Assembly (NCBI GenBank): GCA_951406725.2
Contig: OX597814.1
Location: forward strand, 146,940,001-147,004,000
Length of the DNA: 64,000 bases
Reading direction: 5' to 3'
Origin: Octopus vulgaris
Lineage: Eukaryota
Below, one piece after another: positions 47,140-60,997 of the stretch. Numbering within the stretch: the stretch's first letter is position 1; every line of letters starts with the position of its first letter. The notes under the pieces are model-generated. The model was given only the letters and a program-made list of their open reading frames with translations. It did no database searches and was not told where the DNA came from. The position numbers and the translations under genes were made by a program.

Positions 47140-48650
47140 TAAATATGCGTGGACTGGGGTCGAAATGAAAACAGTTCCTCAAGAGTGTCCCTTGTCTCCG
47201 CATCTGTTCGTGTTGGCTCTTGAGCCATTACTGCGGAAGTTCGAGAATTTAGGTGGCACCCCCAATGAAATCGGTTGCGGTAAGTCGATTTCTGCTTACG
47301 CGGATGACGTCACCAACATCGTGTCCAATGAGGCTCAGCTACCTTGTGTAGAGGAGGCTATCATAGGATACGAGGAGGTGGCAGGGGCTAAATTTAACAA
47401 GGACAAGTCCATCGGCTTGCGCCTCAGCATCTGCAGGAGCAAGTCGATATCGTCCAGTGTCGAGGTTCACTGGACAGATGGTCCTTTTGCTTGGAGTTTG
47501 GTTTGGACCGAACTCCCAGACAGAGATGGATTGGAGCGCGGTGGCAGACATGGTGGAGGCTCTAGTCCGGAACTGGTCCGGAAGGTCTCTCTCCCTGAAG
47601 CGAAGGCGGATGTGGTACAGGTGTTTATTGCATATGTAATCACCTACCTGACCTTTGTCCCTTACCCCAACTCGTGGTTGAACACGTTGGAGCGACTCCT
47701 CTTCCGCGTACTGTGGAAGGGAGGAAAGCCACTTGTGAGGCGCTGTTTGCTGCCAGGAACTGCTAAAGGTTGAGTTAGGGTAGCCATGGTTGATGATGCG
47801 CAGCCATGCATTGAGACTGAGGCATCTTTGGCGCTACCTGGAGGGTGATAAGGTGTGGAATTCGCTGGCAGATGAATACTTTCCGCGACCAGTCCATTTG
47901 GAGCGATTGAAACCCAGTTTCATTAAAAGACGAAATGGCAAAGGAGTATCGAGAGGCACTCGTGCTGATCCACAAGGTGGACAAGGCCGGCAGTAGGTAT
48001 ATCACCTCAGTTTTGTATAGAGGGCTGGTAGAGTATAAAAGCGATGACGCCCTAGTAACGGCTCTGGGGTTCGATGAGAACCAACTTACCAACCTGTTCA
48101 AAAAGCCTTCAGGTCAGGATATTTGGATAATAACCAAAAATCCCTGACCAGGCAGTGTTACAGGAACGCTCTACCTGTTCGAGATAAATTATCCAAGCAC
48201 GGAGTGTCGGTGCGAACGGCATGTCCAAGATGTGGGCTGGACGACGAAACCATCCAGCATGCATTCGTACATTATCGGGAGCTGTCAGGTTTGATAATTT
48301 ACGTTGAGTACGTATTGTCGCATCTGGGAAGATTTCAGCTATAGGCTGAGTCTATAATAAAGATTGTACCGCCAACTGGACTCTCGAAGGACGGTAAGGC
48401 ATGATTTTTCTGTACAGTTGTGGTACCGAAAGAATGTGTGTGGAAGGCTAGGATGCAAGGATTCGTGACAGGGTCTTTCATTTCTAGTCCTGGTTTGCTA
48501 CAATACTTCAGATATCATCTGAAGAGCAAGATAGGACTGGAGATATCATCTGAATAGCACGATAGGACCCTGTCGAGAAGTGTGTTTGAGTAAAGATGGA
48601 AAGCTGTGTTAAGAAAGGTAGGAACAAAGGATCCGGCTTATGCGGTTTTA
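47140..48650 (+). pseudogene. 5'-truncated L1/Tx1-clade LINE ORF2 (RT + zf-RVT), frameshifted
   Basis: VPQECPLSPHLFVLALEPLL, SAYADDVT, LLGVWFG, ALPVRDKL..CPRCGLDDETIQHAF; 31-bp tandem duplication near 48510-48570. Confidence 0.9.
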
Positions 48651-48859
48651 GAAGAAAGGGGGAAATAAAAGAAGCAGATAGCCGCTGGGCCTTACAGGCA
48701 ACAGGGCATATGTCTTACTCATATAGAAAAAGACTATTTATTTCATTATCAATATTTTTAAATAATAGGTATCATTCGAACACAACACAACAGTTTTTGT
48801 ATGTCTTGTCCTGTGCTGTGACATCTATATATTAATCTTTATGGTCATAATAAAAAATT

Positions 48860-48940
48860 CAGCTAGCAAGCCATGCTACTCCAGACTGATGACGAGCAAT
48901 AACTCCGAAACGAGTCTCTGATGCTGGCTTTGCTGGGTGG
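48860..48940 (+). ncRNA. Minimal type I hammerhead ribozyme motif with extended stem I
   Basis: caga-CTGATGA-cgagcaataactcc-GAAA-cga-GTC-tctg; flanking aagcca/tggctt pairing. Confidence 0.7.
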
Positions 48941-49019
48941 AGGTGCTTATCTCCCCCTTTGAAAAGATAAGGACACAGTAAACGTGTCATGGCCAACAGG
49001 AAACGGTATTTACTAGGGC

Positions 49020-49416
49020 TACTGTGTAAATCTCTCTGAGAGATTTAGAAATGTAATATTTTTAGGGACAATTAATGAAGGGAATATTCTTTATGTTGCA
49101 TGTCTTGTTTCTCTATTTCTTTTCGTTGTTCGAAAAAAAGTTCGTTTTTTATGGTTTCGTTTTTATATTTTCGTTTCTCATTGTGTTTAAAGCTTTTTTG
49201 ATGTCCTGTACCAATACGTGCATGTGACCGCGCGGGCATTGTTGGCGATTTTTTCCCTCTGTCCTCCCTTCCTGGGATCTTTCCATTTTCTATGTTTCTG
49301 ACGAAGAGCCCCGCTCGAGAGGTTAAATCCTCCTTTCTCTCCTTTCCTGAGCGTCCAATAACACTATACTTGTTCCACCTCCTCGCGTTGTTGTGTTTTC
49401 ATGTTTGGATTAACCA
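49020..49416 (+). mobile_element. Penelope-like non-coding tail element
   Basis: ctgacgaagagc..gctcga degenerate core at 49298; tail ccac.tcctcgcgttg also at 16075-16128 (+) and 56879-56933 (-). Confidence 0.55.
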
Positions 49417-49485
49417 TATATATGTAGGTACGTACATATATGTATGTATATATGAATATATTTATATATATATGTATATTTATGT

Positions 49486-49530
<45 letters not shown>

Positions 49531-49589
49531 TGTATAGGTATATATGTATGCATGTATGAGCAGCGCTACATTTTTGCACTTCAAATTCA

Positions 49590-50575
49590 AATTCCACTCG
49601 ACCCCATACTTCCAGAGACATCCTCAACACACCTTTTTGAATATGTATTTTTAAAATTATTCTTTAAATTTTTAATTCTATATTTCCATTTGTTTTTTAT
49701 ACATCTCACACACACACGACATACATAGTTTGTACCTTTCACACAATGTAATCCCACTTGCCGCACACGCATACACGTTTACATATCCTGCAAGCATACA
49801 AACACACACGTAGAATCAAACACACGCATATGCATACATATACACACATATACACTCTTCCATACACAGAAAGCTCCCCTATCCCACATACACACTCTTA
49901 CACACACTCATAAACACACACACACCTTGCCATACAAACACACCTACACACACGTCACCATGCACACCCATACGTACATACATATCGATACACACAGACT
50001 CATACATACACACACTCACGCACAAATTCGTATACAAACAACAACACCAACAGACTAACACATTTGTCAAGTCGCCTCTCACACCCATCACCTTTCTCAT
50101 AAGCATACTCACACATATTCCCACACCCTCATACACATTCACGCAAATACATACGCACACAGCAACACCCACGCAATTTCAAACTTTTCACCTCGTCTAT
50201 CTCCCCTTATCACCGAATCGAACACCAACCACTAACCTGTTCGTTCACTGAAACAGTTATACATACATCGGTCACGGAGACACAAAAACACGCGCACACG
50301 GAAACTGCTAGGCACGCACATAAACTGGCCATATTTGCATACTTCTGCTCCAAAAGATCACTTTCTCCCATATAATTTTCCATTTCGGTCCCTTCAGCAA
50401 CGTAACCATACACGTACTGTTGATGATAGTTTCCCTTCTCTGGACTTTTTTTATTTTCCTTCCTGACGAAGAGCAATACACTAGACTTTGAAAAAATCTC
50501 TCTATTTTCTACCTTTAACGAGCGTCAAATTAATACCTTCCATAGGCAATTCTTCTCATTTTGTTATTGTCATAT
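49590..50575 (+). mobile_element. CA-rich Penelope-like remnant
   Basis: cctgacgaagagc at 50463 followed by gagcgtc..aata, as in 49298-49360. Confidence 0.4.
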
Positions 50576-50880
50576 ATATAGAGTTTATAAGCAATGTAAG
50601 AATGAGATCCAGCATATTTTTAAACTTGGCCATTCCCAGTAGGGAACTTATATACATAGTTGTGGAGTCAAGGTTTGTATTTAAAAGGACTCATATTAAA
50701 CTTTCTTGGACTTTTAGATTTTACTCAAAGGATATTGGAATATTGCATATATACCATTATGCCTATAAAACGGATTTACAAATTCAATACCCATACATAT
50801 CTTACATCTATTTTCTTTCCTCCACCTCACTCTCTATTTTGTATCATATTGAAACTAGCTATGACTTAATCTCACACCGT

Positions 50881-50930
50881 GTCCGAGGAAGGGATATTAT
50901 TAATTAATATCCTAGAAATATCTGTAAGAC
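50881..50930 (+). ncRNA. Degenerate hammerhead motif (similar to the 9816 motif)
   Basis: gtc-CGAGGA-agggatatt..aatatcct-aGAAAtatctGTA-agac. Confidence 0.4.
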
Positions 50931-53841
50931 CTATCTATAAATGCTCTAATATCTATACAGCCTTGTTTTTTTTATCTTATTACAGAAAAAATTCTTATAT
51001 ATATATATATATCAGGGGCGGCAGCGCATAGCTATGATGTGCATATGTAGAAACTCGATAACGTAAGAAATCTTTTGACTGTAATTTTGTCCTAGAGAAT
51101 ATTTCACGCAGTAGGCAGATAGGTGTAAACATTGTAAGCACAGTACTCCCGAATCAGCATGTTGAATGGATGCATTTCGGGGTGGTTGTCTCCTCCTCAG
51201 CTACAGAGACTGGAAACGCAGAAGCTGTGAAATAATACAGGAAAGAGGTCCCGCTTATGGCATTCCTGCCATGATTCAGTCACTGGTTTTGATATTCAGC
51301 GGCTCGCCGTGAGTACTTTACTGGGTGACAGCGCTAAGTAGTCCATTTTCTCCATGACAAAATACAGTGAATGGTATTCTTTCGAATTTGAACATGCGTC
51401 TAGCATATTTGCAATGTTAACAAGATATTTTGCATATGTGTGTGAATGTTTGTTTGCGCGTGTGTGTATGTGTGTGCGACCTTATGTGTACATTTGTGCG
51501 TCTACTTAAACATATATGTTCTATATATATATATATATATATTCAGCTAAAAGCTATGCCTACCTATAAAGGAACATGGATTCTTTTCTCGGAAGCTGTG
51601 TACGGTGATTGAAATAGCACATAATATTTTAAATTATTAATTACGTTATTGCGCCAAAGAACTTTCGTACTGTTAAATAATGTATAATGATCGTTCACAA
51701 TATAATCATTTTCATTTGATTGATGATTAGAATGTCGTTATATATGCGGCCGCATTGGCGTTCAAACTTATGATTGCTGCTGGAAATATATTTAAATAAA
51801 TACATAGCTGTTTGCTCAAGAAATGCTTGTTTTCTTTGTATTCCCAGTATATCGATTAACTCGCCCCCAAACAACATGTGTTTGTTCACCTCTCATATTT
51901 AAACTTCTGGCTCACATGATTCATTTTATCACAGAAACAGCGTTAAAATGCTTTGCTATAGTCTGTCATTATGTATTTGTCTGGAAGATGATTGATTACC
52001 TTATGTGTATATGTTCATGTAAATAATGTTGTTTATTCATATTTTGCAGTGGGATATATTTTGTATAATCAGTTAGTCGTCTTGCCAAAGATAGACTAGC
52101 ATCAGTATTATATTTCATAGCGTCGACCTTTTCAGTTATTGAGCAACAGAGAAACTTCTCGTGACATACACTTTGTTTACATTTAGAAACTTAACGCGTC
52201 TGGGAAATTATACATGTGCAACAGGGAATATTAATTTATTTGGCTGCTATGTTTAAAAAAAAAAAGAGTAAAGAAAAAGACAGGCACCCCAACATCGATT
52301 TATCATGTTTTTACCGATCATATGCTGCGCAGTGGAGTAACAATCAAATATAATTATATTTAATGATACCATTTAACGTCAAACAACATGCCAAGTAGAA
52401 ACCTGTCTGTGTTGTAAACAAATTTGAAAATTCCTTTGTGTATTCGCTACGTACTTTTCTTCATATTTTAATATTTTACTTTTTCAAAAAGCTGCTTAAA
52501 ATGATCTTGACATAGCCTGGGAATACTAATGCCTACATTTGTATTCTTTCTAGAAAACGATACTAGCATGAAAGATACAGAAGACAGGGATATCTCGGTT
52601 ACGAATTCAAAATATTTTCAAAGAGTAATTGAGTCTGATACATTACTTAATAGGCATTGCACTGAAAGAAGTTCGGTAGAATTTCGTAATGAATCGAAGT
52701 TACATAATCACCATATTCTAAGAAGAAATCATCCATAGTTGAATTTTTATCTTTAACAATTAAAAATTTTTATTGCTATGAATCACAATAAGTAAGAAAC
52801 TGTTGTACGCTTAGAGAAAAAATTGTGATCGAAAAGCATTTTCAGTCACCAATTAGTTTTTGATGTTCTATGATATTACGTATTCATCTCCTACGGGTAC
52901 TAACATCACACATAGATAGAAAATATTTGATTGCGTTTAAAATATGCATTCAGTAGTAGTTGTGTAGGCAGAGAGGAAAAAAAGACGTAATAGACTTTCT
53001 TCAAGAGGAAACAATGAAATCTGTTTGTGTGTGTGTATATATATATATACATATATATATACACACGTAAACATTTGTGCGTGTGAATGAGTGTGTGTGT
53101 ATTTGTGTGTAAGTGAGTGAGTGTGTGTATGTATTTGTGTGTCAGTGAGAGAGTGTGTGTGTTGTATGTGTATGTGTGAGTGAGGCTGGATCCGAACAAC
53201 TAGGCCGTATTCTACTGAATAGTAGGTGCTTCATTATTTGCAGATATGTCACTCCTTGAAATCGATTAATATAGTGAACAAAAAACAATTCATAAAACAG
53301 AAGCCGTTTTCATTAGTGATTCCCATCTGACAAAAACATTCTAGTGCGCCCTTTTACGCTTCAATACGCTTTGAACAAATAGACTGTCGCAAGGAAATAA
53401 ATAAACAAAAGACATCAGCACGATGTCGTATGCTTCTAGTAATCATTTACATCCTAATGTGTTGTGATTGCTATGGAGACACCAAACAATAAATACCTAA
53501 CTTATTTTAATCACATATCGATAAAAACTAATTTTATTCTGGAAAAAAAAGTATAATATATACCAGTTCACATAATTATAGCGTCTGTAAAATTGGGAAA
53601 GCCTGTTATACATAGTGAACAAAACTCGTTGATCATGTATGAAAAAAATATTAGAGCGCTTGAACATAGCTGAAATAGTTGTATATATACAGAAATAATT
53701 CTACAAATTATATAGGAAATTTAGACGGTATGCAAAATCAACAATATTTTCAACCGAAGGATCTCTTACGCTTACAGACACGTACAGGCGCAAAAACACA
53801 TTGTTACAAACACACATACATACATACATGCATACACACAG

Positions 53842-53887
<46 letters not shown>

Positions 53888-53891
<4 letters not shown>

Positions 53892-54206
53892 GAAATGAAG
53901 AAAATGCTGACAAAATATTTTAAGTAAGGGAGAGTGTATTTAATTAGGTGAAAGTTCTTTTTACCGGTTGCGTATTTGTTATGCTTATCAAAAGATATTT
54001 TTTAAAGAGAGATAGGGTTCCTTTCTGATAGATTTTTTCTCTTATCAGATAAGAGAAAAAATCTATCAGAAAGGAACCCTATCTCTCTTAAAATAATATC
54101 TTTTGATAAGCATAACAAATACGCAACCGGTAAAAAGAACTTTCACCTAATTAAATACACTCTCCCTTACTTAAATTATTTTGTCTGCATTTTCTTCATT
54201 TCCTTT
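53888..54206. repeat. ~160-bp-arm palindrome with 1-nt centre (54047)
   Basis: ..ttttttctcttatc|a|gataagagaaaaaa..; arms nearly identical. Confidence 0.95.
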
Positions 54207-54267
54207 TTTCATATATCACAACTCGTGTTCCACATCTCCTTTTTTAAATATATATATATATATATAT

Positions 54268-54668
54268 ATTTTATATTGTCTCAGCCATTTGACTGCGGCC
54301 ACGCTGGTGCACCGCCATTTGTCGAACAAATTGATACCAGAACTTGTTCTTTGTAAGCCTAGCACCTGTTCTAATGGGCTCTTTTTGCTGAAGCACTAAG
54401 TTAAGGGGACGTAAACACACCAACATATCCATAATTTTTTTCGGCGGTTAGTGATATATGGTGGAAGCGATGGTGGGGGGACAAACACAGACACACAGAC
54501 ATATATATATACTCGACAGGCTTCTTTCAGTTTCTATCTACCAAAACCACTCACAAGGCTTTGGGCGCCCCACGACTATAGTAGAAGATACCCACTCAAG
54601 ATGCCACGCAGTGGGACTGAGCCCAGAAACACGTGGTTGGAAGCAAGCTTCTTACCTCACAGCTACTC
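54268..54668 (-). mobile_element. SINE family A with small templated insertion
   Basis: Tail and head motifs present; foreign segment at ~54427-54464. Confidence 0.85.
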
Positions 54669-55699
54669 ATCCAAAACGTATAATATATATTCATCACGGC
54701 TGATCTTAGCAATTGGTTTCGCGTAAAGAATATAATGGAGTGTTACGTAACAATTCGATTATATAACTTTACGCTCATAAGAGTTAACTGATATGGAAGT
54801 GAATATCGTGACTGCTCCCTGTTGTCGGAGGCGTATTAGCACAGCCAGTAAGCAGCTGCTGTGAAAAAAGATGGTGAAAGGAAAGAGATTTGGTCAGGAG
54901 TTATGTACCTTGGTTAGGTATGTTGTGAAGCCGGGAAGAGTTATCTTGAACTGGAGAAGGTGTCTATCAATAATGTGGTACTCTGGTTGGGGTGGGGGTC
55001 TGTGATATATGTAGTGGTATCATATGCATAATTTGTTTCGGCGGTTAGTGATATATGGCTGTGTTCGTTGGTCTGTTTTCTTTCAGTAAAGAATAAAGCC
55101 GTGTTTTTGTATGTCAGCGTGCGGTGTGTGATGTGTGTATGTGTGTGTGTGTGTAGGGGGGCTGAATATTTGTAAGGGGACAATTAATTCTTGTGTAGGA
55201 GTTTGTGTTTGGGATGGAGGTATCTCCGCCTTATAGGGTTCTGCGTGTGTATACATGGGTGCATTGGTGTGCGCTTTATTCAAACTGTTTTTGGCGGGCC
55301 CGAGGGCATTGGTGGAAGGTCGTTGGCGGAGGGTCGAGTCAGGGGACCTGTGGTTGCAGTCATGGTGGGGCGTGCAGATATGATAGGATGTACTTCCTTT
55401 CATGCGATCAAGGATTAAACACCTCACTCCTGCAATTCAGTTAGACATCCAGGATAACTACATGCATACATACTACATATATACATACATACATACACAC
55501 ACACATACATACATACATACATACATACATACATACATACATACATACATACATACATACTTAATACATGCATGCATGTACATATATATGCATATATGTA
55601 TGTATACATGTATGTATATATGTTTTTTAAGTGATTTGAATTCTTCCTCTGAAGAGCGAGCTGGTTTCTAACAAAGATACAAAGCTCAATCTTTGGAAT

Positions 55700-56135
55700 G
55701 TAGATGACGAAAACAATGTCACATTTTACCGTTCCGCTTATATATAGTATTTGTAATGTACGAATCAGTTGGTTGACGTCTTTATCCCAAAATTTAAGGT
55801 CATCTAGACTGGCAGATATTTACTTATAAAACCAAATGCTTCAAATATTATTGGTATAAATGTAAATCTGTGAACTGGATATAACATACTTATCTCGTTT
55901 CTCTTTGATTTTCAAAGAGATATTCATATCTGCAGGACAGCTGACCACTCTCACGGTACATGCTTTATCAACAATATCCGGCATGATAAGCTTAAACTTA
56001 ATAGATGTTTTAAAAGGAAAATTCCACCAGTATTCCTTGTGCACTTATTCAATAACTGGGGTATTCTCTACAATTATTCCAGGACAGTCTTTTTTTCCGA
56101 ATGGTATTGTATATTGTTTTTGCGACAACGTGATA
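55700..56135 (-). mobile_element. RLE-type (R4/NeSL-like) LINE 3' fragment
   Basis: YHVVAKTIYN..EYWWNFPFKTSIK..PDIVD..VSCPADMNISLKIKEK..FIPIIFEAF; pattern of a restriction-like endonuclease. Confidence 0.65.
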
Positions 56136-56139
56136 TAGC

Positions 56140-56665
56140 ATACGATGGATGCTAAAGCAGCAGCTCAATGACTCAAATGTGGACGTGATATACTTCGACT
56201 TTGCAAAAGACTTTGACAAAGTCAACCTTGGTATGTTTTGCCAAAAGCTCCGAAATCTTGGCATATTTGCAAAACTTAGAGAATGAATGCATGACATTGT
56301 AAAAGGTAGCAGTCAGGTAGTGGTGTCAAATGTGGCCACCTCTAAGGAAACACAATGAGTGATTTTCCATAGGGCATTGTTCTGGGACCACAGCTATTCA
56401 TAGTGCACCTCACTAAGATTCCTCCAGCTGCTCAAGTAACTACCCTTGCTAGCTATGCAAACGATACAAAAGTCTCTCAGCGGATACAGAACCCTGGAGA
56501 AGTCGTGCATCTGCAACGTGAGTTGGACGCAATCTACAGGTTGGCTGAGTAAAATAAAATTAATGCTGAAAAATTCTAAGCCCTGCGCTACCAACACAGG
56601 AAGCTCAATGGAAAGCAGTTAGGTTGCACTGTATACCGATAACGTAAACCTCCTGAATTAGAGAT
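56140..56665 (+). mobile_element. CR1-like LINE RT fragment
   Basis: VDVIYFDFAKDFDKVN, GIVLGPQLFI, SYANDTK, LQRELDAIY. Confidence 0.85.
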
Positions 56666-56819
56666 ATAACTTAGCCCGAACAACGTTTGTATACAACAAT
56701 ATACGTATATAAATGCATACATATGTACGTATATACACATATGCATGTATATATGCAAATATATATGTATATATATGTACGTATGTATGTATGTATGTAT
56801 GTATATATCTATATATCTA

Positions 56820-56877
<58 letters not shown>

Positions 56878-57977
56878 AAGTTAATCCAAACATGAAAGCA
56901 CAAAAAAACACAACGCGAGGACGTGGAGCAAATATATATACATATATATATATATATACACACAGACACACTTTCTGACAATTTGCCTTGTATCCATGAC
57001 CTTATTATCACTGATCACGCGTGCGTGGCATTCATTGCCTGCCTACAGGTATATGTTGTCTATGTGCACCTATTTTGTTAATCCTCTGTTTCTCTTGTTT
57101 GTTTTATCTTCCCCTCCCTCAATACAATATAAAACGAGAATCAGTCAATCGACTTTTATATCAGGTATTATCATACAGAATATTTATTATTTAAGACATA
57201 CAAATTATCAATGTATGAAGAAATTAAACGATCTCACTAAAACACACGAATTTGCTTTTCGATAGAAACAAGTGTTACAAAACATACTAAATACATAAAT
57301 ATGTTCATTCGATTTTTCTCTTAAAAAACGTAGCGGTACAGATATGTGTGTGTAATGAGGATATCTTTTTATGGCAACAGACCTCACTAGCGGTATTTTG
57401 TAATTAGCGTGAACTTCTGTGGGCATTTATATTTGGTATGAAACCTGTGAAAGTTTCACAAACCGAGACTCTTGCACACATATGCACGTACATACTGATA
57501 TATGCAAAGGCGCGTACAGACTTGCAGAGAATCATATTTAGCAGGTACACGGGAAGAAGCACTAAAAGAAAGTTGATGGAAAACGCGGATGGGTGAAAAA
57601 AAGCGGAAAACGAAAGTAAGAAAATTAGACTTAAGTCTCCTTTGACCATAGAAACCATAAATATACTAGTTGAGTTAGAATAATTCAACGGAGACCGATC
57701 TGAAGTTTGCGAGACAACTGCTCACTCCAAAGAGGCTAGGGCCATCCAGTTCATGTAAAAAACATTTATCCATATGCTTGGATTTGCTGAATATTTCGGA
57801 TCAGGAATTAAGTAGTGCAGCAAAATTCTTGGATCTAAAGAGAATATGTAATCTTTCAGTCAAGCATAAGTTGCGTTTATTGCATCCATTTAAATATGGT
57901 GAAGATCCTAATCCATGATGTATTCTTAGCCTTGTATGATATTCATCACTTACTAATGGATGCCATTTTGAAAAATT

Positions 57978-58395
57978 AGGCGTAGTTGTGCGGTAAGAAA
58001 TTTGCCTTTTAGCCACCTTGTTTCCGGTCCAGTTCCACTGCGTAACAACTTCGTTAAGTCTCTTCTACTATTAACCCTGCCCGACCAAAGTCTTATGATT
58101 GGATTTGGATATATACATATAGATATATTAGGGTACCGAAATACCAGCTTTCTAGCAGTATGTATATGCTTGTGTGTCTTAATGTCTGGGTTTTTTTCCC
58201 TATCATCGCTTGACAACAGGTGTGTTTATTTGGTGTGTTTAGTTCCCTGTAACTTAGTGTAAGAAACCGATAAATAAGTACCAGTCTTTAAAAATATATT
58301 GGAGTCTATTAATTTGACGAAATGTCTTCAAGGTGGTGTCGCAGTATGGCCGCTGTCTAATGACTGAAACGAGAAAAAGAAGAAAAGAATGAAAG
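57978..58395 (+). mobile_element. SINE family A, diverged, near full length
   Basis: Head ggtccagttccactgcgt; tail gtatggccgctgtctaatgactgaaac. Confidence 0.85.
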
Positions 58396-59457
58396 AAACT
58401 TAAATTGAAACATTCTGAAATTGTCAAGAAATGAAAGAAATCCAATTCCCTAAACATATTAAAACGTATTGAAGCTTTCCATTTACATCAATTTGTTAAA
58501 ACTCATTGAAGCTATCTTTCTATAAAACCTTACCACCATGGGATATGATAAATATGAGAAATATAATTTCATAGAGTCATCATGGAATGTTGTTGTAAAT
58601 ATGTGAATGAATAAATAAATATCTAGGATGTGATGCACAGATGCATTTCATCTTCTTAATTATTTACCACAATGAAAATTTGATATGAAAATATATTTTA
58701 ACGCCTATCAATATGTTTGTAAACTTAGATTTCTGATCGAATCTATAAAATATTGGTTTTTTCATAATTCTATATATTAAATAATCTTGTCGCATAACTT
58801 CGTTTGCATACTACAACACATATTAGAGTGTGAAAATATTCCGAGCAGCAGTGTATTTTCATATATTTAACTTATAAATTAATGTCTGTATTTTATATAT
58901 ATATATATATGGAAGAAATATGAGTGATGGCTGGTGAATGCCACTGCTTGTGTATGATATAAATGATCATGCTAAACAGAGCATATATCAGGTGTTTGTG
59001 CATCAACATAACGATGTCTTACAAAAACGTAGCTATTTTATCTACTATAACTTCATGGAAATCAGACAAGTTCTGATGACTCAACGCACAAAATACACTC
59101 AGCCACCCTACAGGCATATTTAGTTATACTTAATTGCATAGATACACAACCACACACATGCGTGCACACACGCGTACACACACATTTGTACATGTATGCA
59201 TTTATCTCTATATGGACTAGTGAATGTGTGATGTTTCTGTATACATACGTGCATGTTTCTGCATGTATATGATACGCCAATAAGCGTCTATAATCATTTA
59301 TGAAAGACGTTATTAGAAAGTTGTAGTGGCATGCAAATGTTAACTATACAAATTATGCAAATGTATCTGCTTGTATATGCAAAATTATATATATATATAT
59401 ATATATATGTATAAATATATATTTATATATGTATATATGTATATATATATATGTGTA

Positions 59458-59495
<38 letters not shown>

Positions 59496-59529
59496 GATAC
59501 ATACAAACATACATACATATATATTTATA

Positions 59530-59599
<70 letters not shown>

Positions 59600-60257
59600 T
59601 CTGCATATATGCGTGCATATATATACATAAAGACACACGGGCACATACATATATATCAAGCATATATATATATATATATATATATCAAACTCGGTTATAA
59701 TTAAGATTTTTATTTGAGGTTTTTACAGTAGTTCTATAGGCCGGTTGAAAGGATGGTAGGTTGGTCGATAGATAGGGAGAGAGATGTGAGAAATAAAATA
59801 GATGCAGAGATAACTATGTAAAGGCTGGTGGTTCTTTTAGATCGATTGTTAGATATATGAATGAATTCAGAATTACATAAAACCAAATAGAAGTCTGATG
59901 CATTGGAGAATCAAATTGATGAATGGATAATTATTGAGATAATAAGTATTCAAATTTTAAAGTAGTTCAATATTGAGAGATATATTCTAATAACGATCGA
60001 AGACTGTAATAGCGATCTGAAGATTGAGCTGCAGATACATTGCAAAATAATTGCTATGCAAATGAAAGATATGGAACATGATGATAAATTGCAGAAATGT
60101 AAATGAATTCAAACTATTTTGGAAATTCTTACGTGGAAAATGGATATCTCAGTGAAATATTTGTTTCCACTATATCACACAAACTTTGACGATCGCCATC
60201 TAAAAATATATTCACAGATTTAGAACTCATTTTTAACATTATTATCATTATCATCAT

Positions 60258-60520
60258 CATTGTTGTTGTTGTTGCTCTTCTTCTTCTTCTTCTTCTTCTT
60301 CTTCTTCTTCTTCTTCTTCTTCTTCTTCTTCTTCTTCTTCTTCTTCTTCTTCTTCTTCTTCTCCTCCTTCTTCTTCTTCTCTTCCTCCTTCTTCTTCTTC
60401 TTCTTCTTCTTCTCCTCTTCTTCTTCTTCTTCTTCTCCTTCTTCTTCTTCTTCTTCTTCTTCTTCTCCTCCTCCTTCTCCCTTCTTCTTCTTCTTCTTCT
60501 TCTTTTTCTTCTTCTTCTTG
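60258..60520. repeat. (TTC)n microsatellite
   Basis: Seen directly. Confidence 0.95.
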
Positions 60521-60997
60521 TAGTTGTTAGTATTTCTACTTAATGTTTGTCTTATGGACTTTTGTTCCCGAAACTTTGGATTTGATATAAATCAAGTTTA
60601 ACTTTGAAGCAATACATCGAAGTACAATTTACAATATAGCAGACTTAGGTACGAGCAGTCAAGTAAGAGATTATACTAACTAAACATAGCTGGAAAATAC
60701 TCCCTTAAAGCATCCCCTAAATTTTAATCAAGAAGAGAAAGCTTAGATATGTTAGATCATATCGAAATATGATGGGATGCACATTTTTCTGAGTACCGTT
60801 GAATATGAATGTACTCTATACGGGGAGTTAATGATAAAAGTAACACGCTGGTAAAATATACAACAATTGGCAAGGGTATTTAAGTATAAGGATCAAGAGA
60901 TGACATCCTCTACTGCAATAAACAATGTTAGCCTGTGCAGTTATAAGTATTTTAATGTTTTAATGCAAAACCACATCAAATATAAATAGTATCGGGC

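Noticed and set aside
51100-51360. GC-richer hairpin cluster (ccccgaa..ttcgggg; atggca..tgccat), possible HDV-like ribozyme
   Set aside because: I could not assemble the nested double pseudoknot
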